The notes: generated by a model from the letters alone, not told the origin. Shown: positions 27,225-42,393, counted from the first letter of the whole stretch. The stretch is DNA of 63,415 bases, filler included, from Sluysia triapertura (GCA_046118255.1; 4 parts of 4 records of this genome joined end to end with filler, not necessarily neighbours in it), one strand, 5' to 3'. A program made the numbers and translations.

Positions 27225-27338
27225 TGTTGGGATTAGTGAAGAATAAGGGTTGATATAAGGTTCAAAACTTAGGATAACAGAATAAGTTGAACGTTATTAA
27301 AGAACTAAGACGAGGCATTATGATGAACTGCAATAGTA
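27225..27338 (+). repeat. TGTTGGGATT repeat, copy 3, running into a gap
   Basis: Same sequence as copies 1 and 2; the contig ends inside it. Confidence 0.8.
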
Positions 27339-27438
27339 NNNNNNNNNNNNNNNNNNNNNNNNNNNNNNNNNNNNNNNNNNNNTTAATTAATTAANNNNNN
27401 NNNNNNNNNNNNNNNNNNNNNNNNNNNNNNNNNNNNNN
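27339..27438. other. Artificial contig spacer
   Basis: Identical 100-nt N/TTAATTAATTAA linker. Confidence 0.97.
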
Positions 27439-27810
27439 CGATCTTAGATATATTAAATTTAAATATCTATGTTTAATTTACAATTACTTTTACACAATAC
27501 ACTTTAACTAAATAATAATAGTTGAATGTGCGTGTGTATAGTGAAAAATACACAATTTCATTGTCTCGAATTAAATTACAATGTAAACCAAAATGTGATT
27601 TATTCAAAACGTCATACACTATAAAAAGTTTACAAAATGATTGTAATCGTTTTAGTAATAATAAAAAATATTTGATATTTAATAAAATATCAAAAAAGTT
27701 AATAAATTAAATTTTATCTATTTTCATAATATTGTAAAAATAATTTTATGATTAATTAAAAATTTTAAATTTTATAATTATGTAATTATTTCTAATATAT
27801 GACAAATTAC

Positions 27811-27892
27811 CTCGTGTTGATAATAAAAGAATATTTTTAATAAATAAAACTGTTATAAGTAATGCAAGAATTCTAATTTTTTCAATAATATT
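27811..27892 (-). CDS. Candidate exon of an unidentified gene (hydrophobic segment)
   Basis: tttcag acceptor, G|gtaatt donor; open in phase 0: NIIEKIRILALLITVLFIKNILLLSTR. Confidence 0.3.
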
Positions 27893-29249
27893 CTGAAAAT
27901 AGGAAATACCTTTAAATGTTTATAATCTTAGAAGTTAAAGAAAACAAAAATAGAACATAGTACAATTAATTAGCAAGGAAAAGCTGTGGATTGAGCATAA
28001 ACAACGTAGAACACAAGAATGTAATGTTAGTATAATAAATGCAAACCAACAAGGTGGATATAAATAAATTGACTACATTGAGTTATATTATAAAATGAAA
28101 TTAAATATAATATAGAGGAAATTAGTAATATAATCACAAAAGTAAAAATAAGTTTATATTTATATACTTAATTATAAAATACAATCGGCCAAATAGAGAA
28201 ACTAACTGCAGATTAAAATGAATACACAAAATGTCACTCCTGGGTTTCCGTAATAATAATAATAATGACAATATCATAATAATAGTTTGATTAACAGAAA
28301 AACAACAGCAATGATAATAATTAAATATTAATAATATTAATATTAATAATAATAAATTAAATAATTATTTAACATAATATTCATCTATTTTTAAATTTAC
28401 CATCCTTCAAAATTGTAAATCAAATCTAAAGTTCATTTAATTTAAATTATTTTAAATTAAAATTTAACTTATTATAATTATAATGCTTTTATCAACTTCA
28501 AATGAGATTTAATAGAGTTAATATAAATTCAAAATATAGTAACAAATAGTAACCAGTTTAAAAATGAAATAAAATAAATAATCGTTTTAAAATGAGATTC
28601 TGTAAAGAGAATGTAAAATCAAACTTTAAGAACATAAGATTCAATAAAAATCATTTTAATACGCAAGTTAAAATAATGTTAAACTGAGATTGTGTGTAAT
28701 GAAAAATTAGTAACATTATTCTCGGTTAAAATCAGCTTAAACTAAAGATTGAGCAGAATAGAGAAATAAATTATTCAGACAGAAAATTAGTATTACTACT
28801 TATTACTTGTATATATTTGTTAACTATTAATAATACCGAAGAATTTATTGAAGAAATTAAACTGAAGAAATTGAATTTATCCATACGCATTGCTGACGAC
28901 TGAACATTTATTACAAACTGAAATTAATTGAAAATTCCGATATTATATTGAATTATTGAAGAATGGAATAACAGTAAGTAATATTATATTTCGTCTGAAT
29001 AATAAAATAAAAATTTTTGATAGAATTTAAAGAATTAAAACTGTATATTTTTTGTTATCATTGCTTCAGTATATATCGAATAAATTTTAAATTGTTATAA
29101 TCAATAAATTTTAGTGTATTTTAGTTTCATTAATTTATTACAAGTTGAAGATAAAGTATCAAAAGGAAAGTAAAATTATAAATTGTATTAGTAAGAACTC
29201 AGACTTTTAATAGAACAAGATTTTATTTTACATCAGACTCAAAACTTAC

Positions 29250-29313
29250 TTTGCGTTTCCATTTCAGGTCACCGAAACGAGTATCCGATCTCACACTTCT
29301 AGACAAAATAAAT
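29250..29313 (-). CDS. Candidate exon of an unidentified gene
   Basis: tttag acceptor, gtaagt donor; FILSRSVRSDTRFGDLKWKRK. Ends in phase 0, compatible with 27811-27892. Confidence 0.3.
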
Positions 29314-32300
29314 CTAAAGCATAAATATTACCTATAAAGCAAAACGATAAAGAGTTTATACGATATAAGGTAAAATAATTGAAGAATAATAATTTATATA
29401 AGTGAAGATATTTAGACTATTGTCGAAGACTAAAAGTGCATATTAGTCAAAGTTAAGAATTCAAAAACATTGAAGAATAATAACATTTTGTAAACTTTAC
29501 ATTAACGAGTTTTAAATTTTACAGTCATAAAAGATCACAGTAAAAATTAGAATAAAGTGAGCATAGTGATAAAAAAAATTAGAATATTATTAAGAACAAG
29601 AATCCATAAAGAAACTTACATTGATTACAAACATATATAAACCTATTGATATAAGAAAGTGTTCACAGATATTCAATCTTTACAAAAAGTTACATAAATT
29701 TTTTAAATTGTACAATTATGAAGTAATAAATAATATTAATAATTATTATAATAAATCAGGCCATAGACACTGCGCGGAAATTATCATAGGTAAAACATAT
29801 CAATATGACCTAAGAATTTAATTGGCAAAATGAGAATAAAATGAACTGAATAAACTTGAAAAATCTTATATTAAGTTTAATTTTCATTTTGTTTCCATAA
29901 ACCTAAAATCTACTTAAAATATATTAATTGATTTCAGCGAATTAATTTTACTTTAAAATCTAAATAAATTTAAGAAAAATAAATAAAGGTGAAATAATTT
30001 AATTTGTAACATTCTTTATATTCATGTCATATAATTATGTCATATAATAATTATGTTATGTCATATTTGCGTTATATAATTATGACTTATACAATTAAGA
30101 ATATATAAATATAGCTAAAATTTATTGATAATATAGCTTCGAATTATTAATTTCCGATTAATTAAACAAATTTAATTCAGTACTTTGTTTTTGAAAGGTT
30201 ATATTCACACGTTATAAGTTGTCGATTGTAATCTTCGAACGCGCAATATAAATTTACTTTACTGATAGGTTTTAGTTTGTAAAAATAAGAAAACACATAT
30301 AAATACATAAAACTACTTTTATTTGTTACTAAACAAATTATTTATTTTAATTTGTAGTTTGTAATGGATTTTATTTATATAATTTTTCAAGGTCAATGTG
30401 TAATATTCTATGTCAATTAGACTTATTTTATTGCTTGTTTATTATGACTAATTATAACATCCATTTACATCAGTTGAATTAGTTTTTTAATTTTATTAAT
30501 TTTTTATTCAAAAAAATTAAAACTACGAAAAATAATAAGCATCTGATTCGTAAATGTCTTATAATTTTTCGTAAAACTTTAAGCTTGACATTTGGAAATT
30601 GTAAATCAAATATATGTAATACAAAGTTGTAAGACAAAAAATATGATTATATTGCTATAAAATACAGGAAAAACATGGAGTGCTGTTTTCTGTTTTATTT
30701 TTTTAATAAATCCATATTTATGAAAATAAATATTTGGTCTAACGAATAAAAGCATCCACTGAATTGAGAATACTTAGTTAAAACATTTTTTAAAAACATG
30801 AACGAATGTTTTAATCAGTTTTTATCCAAATCATATCTTACAAAAGTGCTAAAAATCAGAAACCTTTCACAATATTTTCCAATATGTAACAGTCGTATTG
30901 ATATGGAAATTCATCTTTCTCGAGTAAACAAAACATTTTTGAGATCTAAATACTGCAGATTCATCGTGGATAAATACAATCATTCTTTAAAAATAATTTA
31001 AAATTTAATTATTTTCAAATTTCAAAGTAATAATAGTTATCATTTATCGCTTAATTAATATTAGGTAATACTTATTAATCATCATAAAGTACATATTTGT
31101 AACATGCAACTAATGAATGAATAATTTCATAGTTTTACTAATAAATTCCAAAATGACGGTAAAGTGTTTAAAACAATACTTTTTAGATTTTGTTTTACAT
31201 AAAGCATTATAAGTACAATTTTATGTTAAATGTAGTACATACTTATTGTTTACTTTTATATATGTTCTACTATTTGAAGTATAATCTCGCTAAAAAATAT
31301 GGCCTCTTCAATGTTCGCGATGAATTAATTCGCAAATTGCTTTTAAATGAAATATGTATCTTATTACGTTTCACCAACCATAGCTACTATTTCGATTCTA
31401 TTAAATATATTGTAATTTAAAAAGAATTTTAATTTTTAAATTCTTTTTTAATTCTTTCGCTACCCGAGCTTCAGGGAAAAATCACCACCACAGCCACCAC
31501 TGCCCAAACGTTTTTTTATTTAAATATGATATCACTTGTCATTAGTTTTTGTGGGATGTATTTGTAACTAAGTGAAATTAATACTTATATGTAGGAATAA
31601 CATCCTGTAGCTATTTTATTCTTTTATAACATAACGATCTGGTACCAATAATTACTATAAACTAATAATGAACACTCATCACACATTTGTGACGCTCAGC
31701 TCGGGCAAGAAAATCGGGTTGTCACATATATATGACGCTGGTATAACATAAACAATAATATAATATAAAGCAATAAAAGAAATAAAATAATAAAAATTTA
31801 AATTATTTTTCAAATAATTACTTTTATTACATGTTCTTCATTTTTGTGAATAATTTAGTATTATTTGATTTAATTATATTTCATTAGATTTGATAAGTTT
31901 TCAAACGAGGAATTGAATTAAATGTGAAAATAGATGCTATGAATGCTGAGCAATTATATTTTGTTGTAGCCGTTATTTACAACTTTTTGTGTAAGAGGAA
32001 AAATTTATCTGGACCATAATTATTAATATCCTTATTTGTACGAAACCTACCTTTATCTCTTCGATAAATAAATGAATCAATAATAATATTAATATTTCCT
32101 CCTGCAGAAGTCTAGATTTCTTAGAGTTATCAGATCTGGGAAGAAATAAGTCTCAATATCTAAAACAAACTTTTATTATATTTACTCCGGTTTTATCATT
32201 TTCCTCACGAAGCACTACTTTTTGAAAGAGTCAATAATTTAGATATTTTAAAAAGTGTTACAATATTCTTAAAGAAATTTGATAATGTGATAAATATCGT

Positions 32301-33226
32301 TTAAGTTATGACTTGATATATTTTTCCTTATTTTTTTTAATTTTGTTACATCATAACTTTTACTTATGCTTGTAATTACATTCATTTTTCTATCCTTTCT
32401 CTTATTTAATTCATTATTCTTTCTTAAATGTCATTTTTTCAAATTAAGTCTATTATGAATAAAATCGATTTTTTGGCAATATTCAAAATTTGTTTTGCAG
32501 ATTTACATATTAAAATTAAATTTTTTGGTAATCCACTTTTCATTTAAAATCTATAATTTATGCATGTGTTCACAATGTATTTTTACTGAATATATTTATT
32601 AAAATAAATTTAACACCCGACCATAAAGTTCTTCGATATTTTATTTTGATATCACGTTTTGCGTATTGGTTTCAATTTTTTAGAATGCCCGAAATATGTT
32701 ATCTCAAAACAATTGTTATATTAATAATAAAGCATATTCCAGAAATAGGCTTAATTTATCATATGAAGATAGGAAGACATTGATGAAACTCATTCAATCA
32801 TAATCATATTATCTCTCTCAATCCTAAAATATTTCCATTCATTATTTCAAAAAGTGCCAAAAATACTTTTCATTGGATACTTCAGAAGATAAGTTCGAAA
32901 AATATGTATCTGATACTGATGATACGTATTTCAAAGTAATTAAATAAATAAAAGAATTTTTTGGATATTATTTATGCAAATAAAATTCATTTTTTCAAAC
33001 TATTTATTATGCATTTTGACATTTTTCTAACATATACTAAATTTAAAATTAAACAATTTATATTCAATTATCAGTCGAAACCGATTCGTCATATCACAAT
33101 GCACAATAAATTCTATCATTAAGTTTATTATTCTTAATCTAATATCAAAAATTAAAAAATTAGTAATAAAAAATAAATTTACATATGTAACAATATTAAA
33201 AATATTCATTGGCAAACCAAACTTAC

Positions 33227-33480
33227 CTTGACGTCTTTAAGTTCATTCTTAAAAAATGTTTTTGTATATAACCAAGCACGGAAGTCAAAATCGAGTAAAC
33301 TATTTTTTGGCATGGATTTGATTTTACAAATAATTGGAATACATTCAATTATACCGAGTTTTTTCGTTTTTACATCACATTGAATTGGAATGCTTGTAGT
33401 GCCTAATTTTTCATTATTGTTTGATTTTACATTATCCGTTGTATCAACCGATCTTTTTTGCCGTCCTTGGGATTTTATTT
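33227..33480 (-). CDS. Integrin alpha downstream exon (furin site + calf-2)
   Basis: tttcag acceptor, AAG|gtaagt donor, phase 1-0: IKSQGRQKRSVDTT...IQCDVKTKKLGIIECIPIICKIKSMPKNSLLDFDFRAWLYTKTFF. RQKR cleavage site and calf-2 C..C.I.C..R.WL..TF pattern. Confidence 0.85.
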
Positions 33481-34804
33481 CTGAAAATATTGTTTAATTT
33501 TGAATTATTGATTAACTTATTAATAGTTATTTACAATTATGAGTCAAAATTTTGTCATTGTTCGCATTTAAAAAGATTTTCTTTGTTAAAGTTTTTTAAT
33601 TTTTTCTTATCTTTAATTTTTAAAATCACCTTGTCATAAAACTGTCAGATCGAAACTTCTTTCATAAATGAAAGTTATTAAAAACTAAAGATATATAATA
33701 ATAATTACTATGTAAAGTATTAATATTAATAATATTGATTTCAAAAAATATTTTGAATTTATTTTAAAATTTTTAAATATTTGTTTGACTAAGAAATAAT
33801 TCAACTTAATTTGAAAGTGATATGTAACATTCGTAAGAAGACTAATAGTAATATATGTAATTAATTTATTTTTATTTTATTATTTTCAAGCCATAAGCTA
33901 ATAGTTTTTAAAGAAAAAGTAGTAGAGAACATTTCTTACGAACCATACATGTTTCGAATAGCAAAATATTAATATGCAATATAATTTGTGCCATAGAATA
34001 ATACTTAAATTCCAGAGTCTTCAGATATTTATAATATAATAGATTTTACCACTTATAAACCCGATATGATAAAAGCCTAGTTATAGGCTTACTAAAGTTC
34101 TGGATTTCAAGGTCTAAATACAATTTAGATAAGGTGGGGTTGGTACAAAACAATCCAATTAAAAACATTCTTATTATTTATATAATTAAACTAAAAGTTA
34201 ATTTAGAAAAAATATTGTACAAAAATAAGCCTTTTATGTTTATAAAACTAAATTTATTTTAATTCGAGCTAGATTAAGTTTAATAAGTTTAAAACCATTT
34301 AAATATACAAATACAATCAAATTGAAACAATATGTTACGAGTTTATTATTGGTACATAAACGATTAACTCTTGAACGAAAACAAAGATAATTATTGTATG
34401 ATTTTATATCAGTGATGAAAATTGATGAAAATCAAATATTAGAGTGATCGCGTTTACTTGCATTAGTTAATTTATTTCAGGAAAACTTAATATTCTTATA
34501 TTATTTATGTATGTTCTGAATTATTCAAATTGTCTTTAAAATAAGAATTATTATTTTAACAAATTTTAAAATTTCTTTAATCCACATATTTGCAAGTGAT
34601 CTAAGCCTACTAGATATCATAATTTAAAAACTTAATAAAAATGCAGTATAAGCATTTTAGAATATGCAAAATTCAAAATCTGTATCATGTAAATTTTATT
34701 TAAATTTATTAATAAAAAAGGTAAAGTTAAACGTTTACTTTGCATAATTAATTCAAATGCTTTTAATATAACATATATTAGAAAAAATATATGGTTATTC
34801 TGAC

Positions 34805-34805
<1 letters not shown>

Positions 34806-34856
<51 letters not shown>
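34806..34856. repeat. (TAA)n microsatellite
   Basis: Perfect run. Confidence 0.95.
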
Positions 34857-34858
<2 letters not shown>

Positions 34859-36554
34859 CATTTTTGTTTACTATATAACATATGCAATAAAAATGAAAAT
34901 ACACATCACAAGTAACTGCTTAAAAGCTCAAAAACAAATAATCAAAGAAAATAATCTATTAAACACTGAAAAAAGCATACAAAAGGTACGAAAGTAAATA
35001 TAAATGAAAACTAAAAATAAATTCTTCGTAATTTCTGCCAAATAAAACACTTATTGCATTATTAGGTTTCGTCTTCAGAATTAAAAAAATGTTTTTCTTT
35101 TAAATTAAGTACCAAAAATCTTAAAAATTTACTATTGAAAAATCAAAATTAATATTAAAATTTAATAGATGAACATTAATTTTAAAATATAAAATAAAAC
35201 ATTTTAAAAATAAAACCATAAAATATAATTAAAATATCACTGAAAGAAAACAATGTAAATTTAATAAAAAAAGATCTCTTTAGTAAATCTTTTTTCACAA
35301 TTACTCTGGATTGGATGCACGGTTATCTTTTAGGAATTTCTTGTTTCAAATAAATTTAAAAAATATAAAAATTCTTATTTTTCTTAGTATTCACTATTTG
35401 CTATTTTTATAAAATCGCACTTTTAAAAATAATCACATATAAATAAAATTATTCATATTTAATGTGAATAATTTTTAATACATATTTATAAAACTTCGAT
35501 ATTTATATAAACAAATATTGTTTAAAAATTCACTACAAATCATTATATTATATTAGACTACACTATTAAAATGAGTATTTAAATTAAAAAAAACAGGAAA
35601 AATAAATGATTAATATTTATTAATCGATTTATTTATATAAACACAGACACACACATACACGCATACAAATTATTAATGTTAAAAAAGAATGGCACAATTT
35701 TTATGTCTTATGTAATTGAAAGAAAAATAAGCCAAATAATGTACTTCGTCAAAAAATTATTAAATTCAAACTTGTCTATATATTTATTTTGTAAATTCAT
35801 TAAATTAGATAATTTTCACTTTAAGATTCGAAGCACGCAATATTACATTGACCTAATTTCAGATTAATTTATGATGGCAGTACTGTGGTAGAAAATAATT
35901 ATAAATATCATTCAATTTAATCAATATTGATATTTTAGATTAAATTTGTATTTCACAAATCATGTTTAATAGACAAAATTTATTTTATTTGTATGCCTAT
36001 TTTATATTATTGTCTATTACTTAGGTATTTTTAATTTTAATAAAACTCAATACACATGGTACTTCAAAAGTTTCTTTAATATATTGATTGATTCTAAACA
36101 CTAGAAAGTTCTCGTTTGAAATGTGATCTGGTCTAATTTATGATTCATATTTTTAAGGTAAGATTGCTATAACAAAAGCACCTATAATATTAATAAAAAT
36201 TTAGAGTTTTTTGCAACAGAAATCAAGTTTTCCTAACCATATATGTAGCCCAGAAATTCGTTTTAAACAAAGTATCCCTAGAAGTAGAAAGATTCAAAAA
36301 AAACTGTTTTAACTGTTTAGATATATAACAAAATAGATATTTGTCATTAATATTATAATAATTTTTTATTCTTAAATGAAATATTAAAGGCATTTTTGTA
36401 TCACTTCTTATATAAACCTTGAATAAAACTATTCCTATATTTTATGGTTGGAAAATATTTAAAATTAAAATATAAAATGTTTTTAAAAAACAAAATATCG
36501 ATTTACAAATAGTAACTTGTGTTAAATATAAATAAGAAACTTTCATTAAATTAC

Positions 36555-39357
36555 TTTTGGCTCGACTTGACAGTTTAACAAAATCCTGATGCGATTTTTT
36601 GGGTTTCACTGTGTCCACAATAATAAATTTGTCTGGATTAATAATAGAATAAGGTACGTGACATTTTCCTACAACTTCTCCTTGTCTTGTTATTTTTGGA
36701 GAAATATCTTCCCAGCTCGAATTATAAGCCAATCTAATTTTATCAAACAAATATAACAATATTTCTCCCTTTTCACTTGCATAGGGAATCTTAAAATTTA
36801 ATTTCATATCATTTAATTCCGGACCACGATTTTCGATCAAGAACTTGAATTTAATTTCCGGACCAAACTGTCGAATATTAATTCTATAATCAAATTCAGG
36901 TATTCGTAATGGTTGATCACGTTGATCGATAATAGCACCTCTGTCGCGATTATCAATTATTGTCAAATTTGGTCGAAAACTAATTGAATATTTAACAACA
37001 GCTTCATTATTCTTTATATTGGTATCGTCATTAATTCCCCAAATTTTAAAAGCTATATTAGTACTATTAAATAAATGTGTATCATTAATTGGACGATATA
37101 AAATATCAAAATCTACTAAAACATTGGAAATATCCATATCAGGTCGACTCATTCGGTTTTTAAAGATTATTTTAGCACTATGTAAATTGCGTGATAATTG
37201 TTTATTCCACAAGTCTGCATTACTGAATACATTATTAATAACAATGTCTTCTGAACTGATTGCTTGTAAATAAATTCTTGGTGTTATAGTGGGACCATGA
37301 TTAGATAGTGTAATTTGAATTCGTCTTTGATATATTGATTTATCACCATAATATATTGTAGAACCTTGTTTATCTGGTGATACTCGTAAAGACAGATCAG
37401 AATAGCAGCGAATTTTATTGTTAGGACATTTGAATTGTTTCAATTTGATTGCAGTACTACATCCAATCCAATTTACTCGTACGTGATTACTAGATTTAAA
37501 TTTGTAACATTGATTTGGTTGGTGAATTTTACATGGTGATACACCACGAATGGCAATTTTAAATGGATTAGATTTCATATCCCAATTAAGTACATCTCGC
37601 TGTACTTGAACACGCATTTTCAATTGATTATTATTTTTAATTATTAAATCATTATTTTGATTAAGTGGCATAATTTTAACTCGATCATCGTTTTCTAGTT
37701 GAATTTCGTTCACTTTATTACCATAATCAAGAGCTACTTGATAATAATAATTCGATACGGTGAAATTCGAATCAAATTTATTCGACTGTAATTTTAAGTC
37801 AACAAATATTTCGAATTCTTCTCCCTTGAGTAATATTCGAGATTTCTTGGTCCAGCTGAAATGACATTTTACATTCACAGACCGAGGCATCATAAATAAA
37901 TGAGCTTTGTCCGAATTTAATGAAGTTACCATAAAATCTGGAAATCCATTCGAATCTATATCAAAACCACGTGATAAACCAACTCCGAAACCCCAGGAAT
38001 TAGTCAAACTGTTAGGTGAATTTAGTCTTGGAAACACCTGAATAGGATGTGGATTGATTCGACAATCTTTGGTTGTAGTAAAAACAAATATTCTACTTTT
38101 TCGATTATTATGTGCAAATTTTGTTAACAACGGCGCTGTTACAATTACATCTTCAGTACCATCTCCATTAACATCATCTACACGGGCTACAGACCATCCA
38201 AAATAATTATAATCTTTAGTATTTAACTCGTTATTGAATCTTACGTCATATCCGCCTAACTTAAATATTCCATGACCTTTGCAAGCCAAGTATATAGCTC
38301 CCACATTCGGTTCTCCATTATCAAACATATAGGGAGATCCTATAACAACACCAGTCAAATTATCATCTAACTTAACAGTATCCAAACTTGTTCCAAATCC
38401 TGCGTATCTTTTCATTATATCATCTTTTGGTGGTGTAATTTTTTCTCGATTTTCTGCCGCTTTCAACAAATCTACAAAAGCTACTTCAACATTTCCTAAA
38501 GGTGATGCAATTAGCAACTCATCATTTTTCGAAATCGCAACAGAATATCCATAATTGAAACTATCGTCATTTATTTTAGCAGCACTAGCTATCTGACTGG
38601 TTTCAGCTTGTTGTAAATATTTTACTGAACTATTTAATGGTAAACCAAATAATACATTAATACCATTTTTACTACTAGATACATCCAATGAATATCCACC
38701 GATACATTTTTCATAACTTTTACAAATTTCAAAAACACGTTTCTCAATTCTAGTATTTATTTTTATTTGATCATCAAGCAAAACTAAAAAGCATCTTCCA
38801 GATGGAAATAGATATGGTGATTTTTTATTTACCCATAATGGATCACAATAAACGAAAGCTCCAGAATTATTTTTATATTCCACACCACGAACAACAGCAC
38901 CAAGATACTTTGAATCAGTTGCACTTTCTCGACTACTTTCAATAGTTTCACATTTTAAATCTAATTCTCCATTCACTTTATTATTAACACAAACCACTAC
39001 TATTCCGGATTTTTTTGTATAAGCACCTCCTATTCGATAATTATCGTTTACTTGAGATCCACCGAACATAACCAACGATTTATTCGAAGACGATAAATGA
39101 ACACCTGACACTGAAACCCAATCATATTTCAACCAATCTTTTACTAATTTCGGTAACAAATGTTGTGGAACATATTCGAATGGTTCATCGAATAAGTCTT
39201 CATTTTTATATTTAGGCAACCAAATTCGAGGAACATCACTATCAACATCATCATCATTAGTACTACTGGTATTATTAACTTTATTAATATTTTTCGAATT
39301 CAATGCTTCAAATAAAAAAGCAAACCAAAATAAAATTATGTATCGTTCGATATTCAT
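36555..39357 (-). CDS. Integrin alpha subunit A, giant first exon (signal peptide, FG-GAP beta-propeller, thigh, calf-1, part of calf-2)
   Basis: 971-aa ORF with signal peptide, FG-GAP repeats (YFGWSVA, GSP, TAP), Ca-binding loops DVNGDGTED and DIDSNGFPD, genu C..C.SDL and no I-domain. Probable phase-1 donor A|gtaatt at 36555; the ORF tail to 36442 looks like intron read-through. Confidence 0.93.
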
Positions 39358-41095
39358 ATTGCATTAGGATATATATATCAAAAGTTATAAAATAAATAAC
39401 TATAAAACTTTATTTATAAAATCATCAAAATGAAATAAATTTGTTTAATATGTGACATATTTTTTGGGAAAGTGTGTGATTTAATTAATGTGTGCATAAT
39501 TGTAAATATTCGATCATGAGCAATGAAAAATAAAGTAATTAATCCATTATACAGTGTTACTGCAAACTGATCTTGTAACACATAAATTGTATTTAATAAA
39601 ATGTATGAGAAAATTATTACTAACTTAAATTAAATTGTTAATTTAAATTTAGATTATTTAAAATCGTAACTTAATTATTTATTTAATCATTATTTCGTTT
39701 TACCTTAATAAATATGAATAATTGTTGCTTCAAATATTAATCTTTAAATTAGGAATTTATTTAAAATAACCAATAATTTTTATCAAATATTTTAATTAAA
39801 TCGATTTGTAATTATCAAGATATATTTAAAATCATTTGAAATAAAAATTCGAAGATGACAATAATACCGTACATAATACACAAATGACATTTATAAATTT
39901 GAATAAACAAGTTTTAATATATAGCACATTAATTACATTGAAGAGTTTAATTTACTATCATGTAAAAAAATCAGCCAATAAAATCTTGTTGATTTTAAAT
40001 TGTTATAGTTCAAGTTTAATATTTTATTGTTCTACAATTCAAATAAATGATTTAAAAAATTTAAAATGAAATGAAATACAGTAAATTGAATTAATCTATG
40101 TAGTACTAATTACAGTTTCAATTTATATTTATATATAATGGAAATTGAATGATTATTGAAACTGTTTCCGGTAGAATCACATTTATTAAAATTATAACTT
40201 ATAAATTTGTTAAATAATTAAGTATTGATTGACATTATAATATATTAATAAGGTTAATAATTTCGTTACTAAAATAATATTGGAAATTTAACTATTAAAA
40301 ACTTATAAATACATTATTTGTATTGAACTGATAAATTTGTTTTATTGTGGTCTTTTATCTAAAAGTTAACGAATACATTATTAGCCACATAAGATATTTC
40401 TTAAGTGTTCTTCAATACAATACCAGCTATAAGTAGTCTAAGTGTTTTCAATCGCTATAAAAAAAGATTTTGTAAATTGTCACTTCAAAATTAAATCTAC
40501 TAAAATCAGTATCAGTCAAGAACACAATACAAATTTTATACATAAAGTTAAACTAATTTTTGAAATGAGAAATACACACACACACACACACCAAATTTTC
40601 ATATTCAATTTTTTATTTATTATATTTGTTCGTGGATCTCAAAATGCAAAAATTGGTGGAAAAAGGAAATAATATGGAATGTCTTCGTGTACTCATCTTA
40701 TCTTTAATTGTGAATTTCAACTAGATTATAATTTAAACTGCCTAATTATTTTTGAAATTTTATCATTAAATGCATATTAAATATTCTTTATTTGAATTCT
40801 AATCCAGAAAATGTTACATTAAATAAACAAATTACTTGTTACTATACAAATCCATGTACATTTTCTCTGATCATAATCTATAATTACACTTGCAATAAAA
40901 TCAAGAATTTAGGCGGTCAACCACATGAAATAAAAGTGCATTTCAAACCAGCTAGCACATGATATGAAATCACTGGGAAATTATGAAATATTTATGATAT
41001 TGTTCTTTCCATTTCAAAAATAAAAGAAATGATGCATTCTAAGAGATTTTGAACACGTATTTCATAATAGATACAATTGCTGCATAAATTATATG

Positions 41096-41098
<3 letters not shown>

Positions 41099-41156
<58 letters not shown>

Positions 41157-41157
41157 G
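41099..41157. repeat. (TTA)n microsatellite
   Basis: Perfect run. Confidence 0.95.
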
Positions 41158-41274
41158 CGGTTGTCAAAAAATAAAGAGATTGCAGCTTGAAGATAAAGGG
41201 ATCAATATTTTAAAAAGTTTTACAAAAAATTTATACTTTTATTAATTTATTAATTTAATTTGAATTGTTTGAAA

Positions 41275-41475
41275 ATCATTTTTAATTAATATCTTTCCTT
41301 ATGATGTTTGCATAGGAGCGGGTATCACATATAATAAAGCACAATCATGAAATGTGTCAATGTTAAGAACACCAAGACAGTGTGAAATATGTCAACGTAG
41401 ATAACGTGAAATCATCAGTTTTAATTAATTTTCTTTATTATGAAGTTAAATTGTTATGTATTATAATGAGCATAC
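41275..41475 (+). repeat. Dispersed ~200-bp repeat, copy 2
   Basis: Colinear similarity to 12775-12975. Confidence 0.85.
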
Positions 41476-42320
41476 ATAATAAAATTATATATCAAATTAA
41501 TGCTCTTGAAGATGTTATTGAAATTGACGTGTGCCGTATCGTTAACGTGTTGCGCATTGTATCAAAAGTTATTATTGAATACAAGTTTTTTATTTGATTA
41601 GATTTATATTCAATTTAAGTTATTGTATTGTTGTATTGATAAGTATTATAACTATGACCTTAAATTTTAATTTATTATGTTTGTCACAAAACAAATTGCT
41701 AGATAATATTAAGACGGAAATTTGACCGAAATTCATGTTCAAATTTGAGTAATAAAATTTGTCGGCATATAACCGACTCTAAGAAGTAAGCATGTCTTGT
41801 CCACATGCACAATAATTAAGTCTAATTATCCAAACACTACACAAAGAACCACATTTTTCGATCATTTAACACAAAATAGAAAAGCAAATTATTATGACAG
41901 TTGAGACTTTTGCTGTAAGAAGGCTGATTCAATACAGTAGTGGCAAACACTGATTGAAACTCACAATTATTTAGAAATTGGACTAAATTTTATTATTTGT
42001 GGTTAGTTGAGTCTTTAGTTTTTATTGTTTATTTATTGTATTCTGGCTAGTAACATTTAGATTGAGCATTATAATTGAGTTTAATTTTATTGAATAGTAA
42101 TTGTCGTAAAAGACTGAGTGATATTGACTTAATCATTATTTAATTTTATTGTGATATATTGTGATATAATTATAATATATTGAGATTGAGACTCATTCAA
42201 TTGTCTTTTATAATTTAAAGAATATTAAAAAGATAAAAACACAACATTATTATTGTTGGTATACAGTATTAAGGTGCCACTTGGTATGGTTGACTATTAT
42301 AATCTAAAACTTGTTAGATA

Positions 42321-42393
42321 GGGCTGATAGCTCAGTGAGGAAAGCATCGAACTGAGCAGCGAGAGGTCCCGGGTTCGATTCCTGGTCAGTCTA
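42321..42393 (+). tRNA. tRNA-derived (Ala-like) pseudo-tRNA / SINE head
   Basis: Acceptor stem GGGCTGA/TCAGTCT, A-box TAGCTCAGTGAGG, T-arm CCGGG-TTCGATT-CCTGG, then TTTT. The anticodon stem is disrupted, so it is unlikely to be a functional tRNA. Confidence 0.65.

Noticed and set aside
37019-37273. Plus-strand ORFs inside the integrin exons (also 49748-50062)
   Set aside because: Antisense shadows of real coding sequence.
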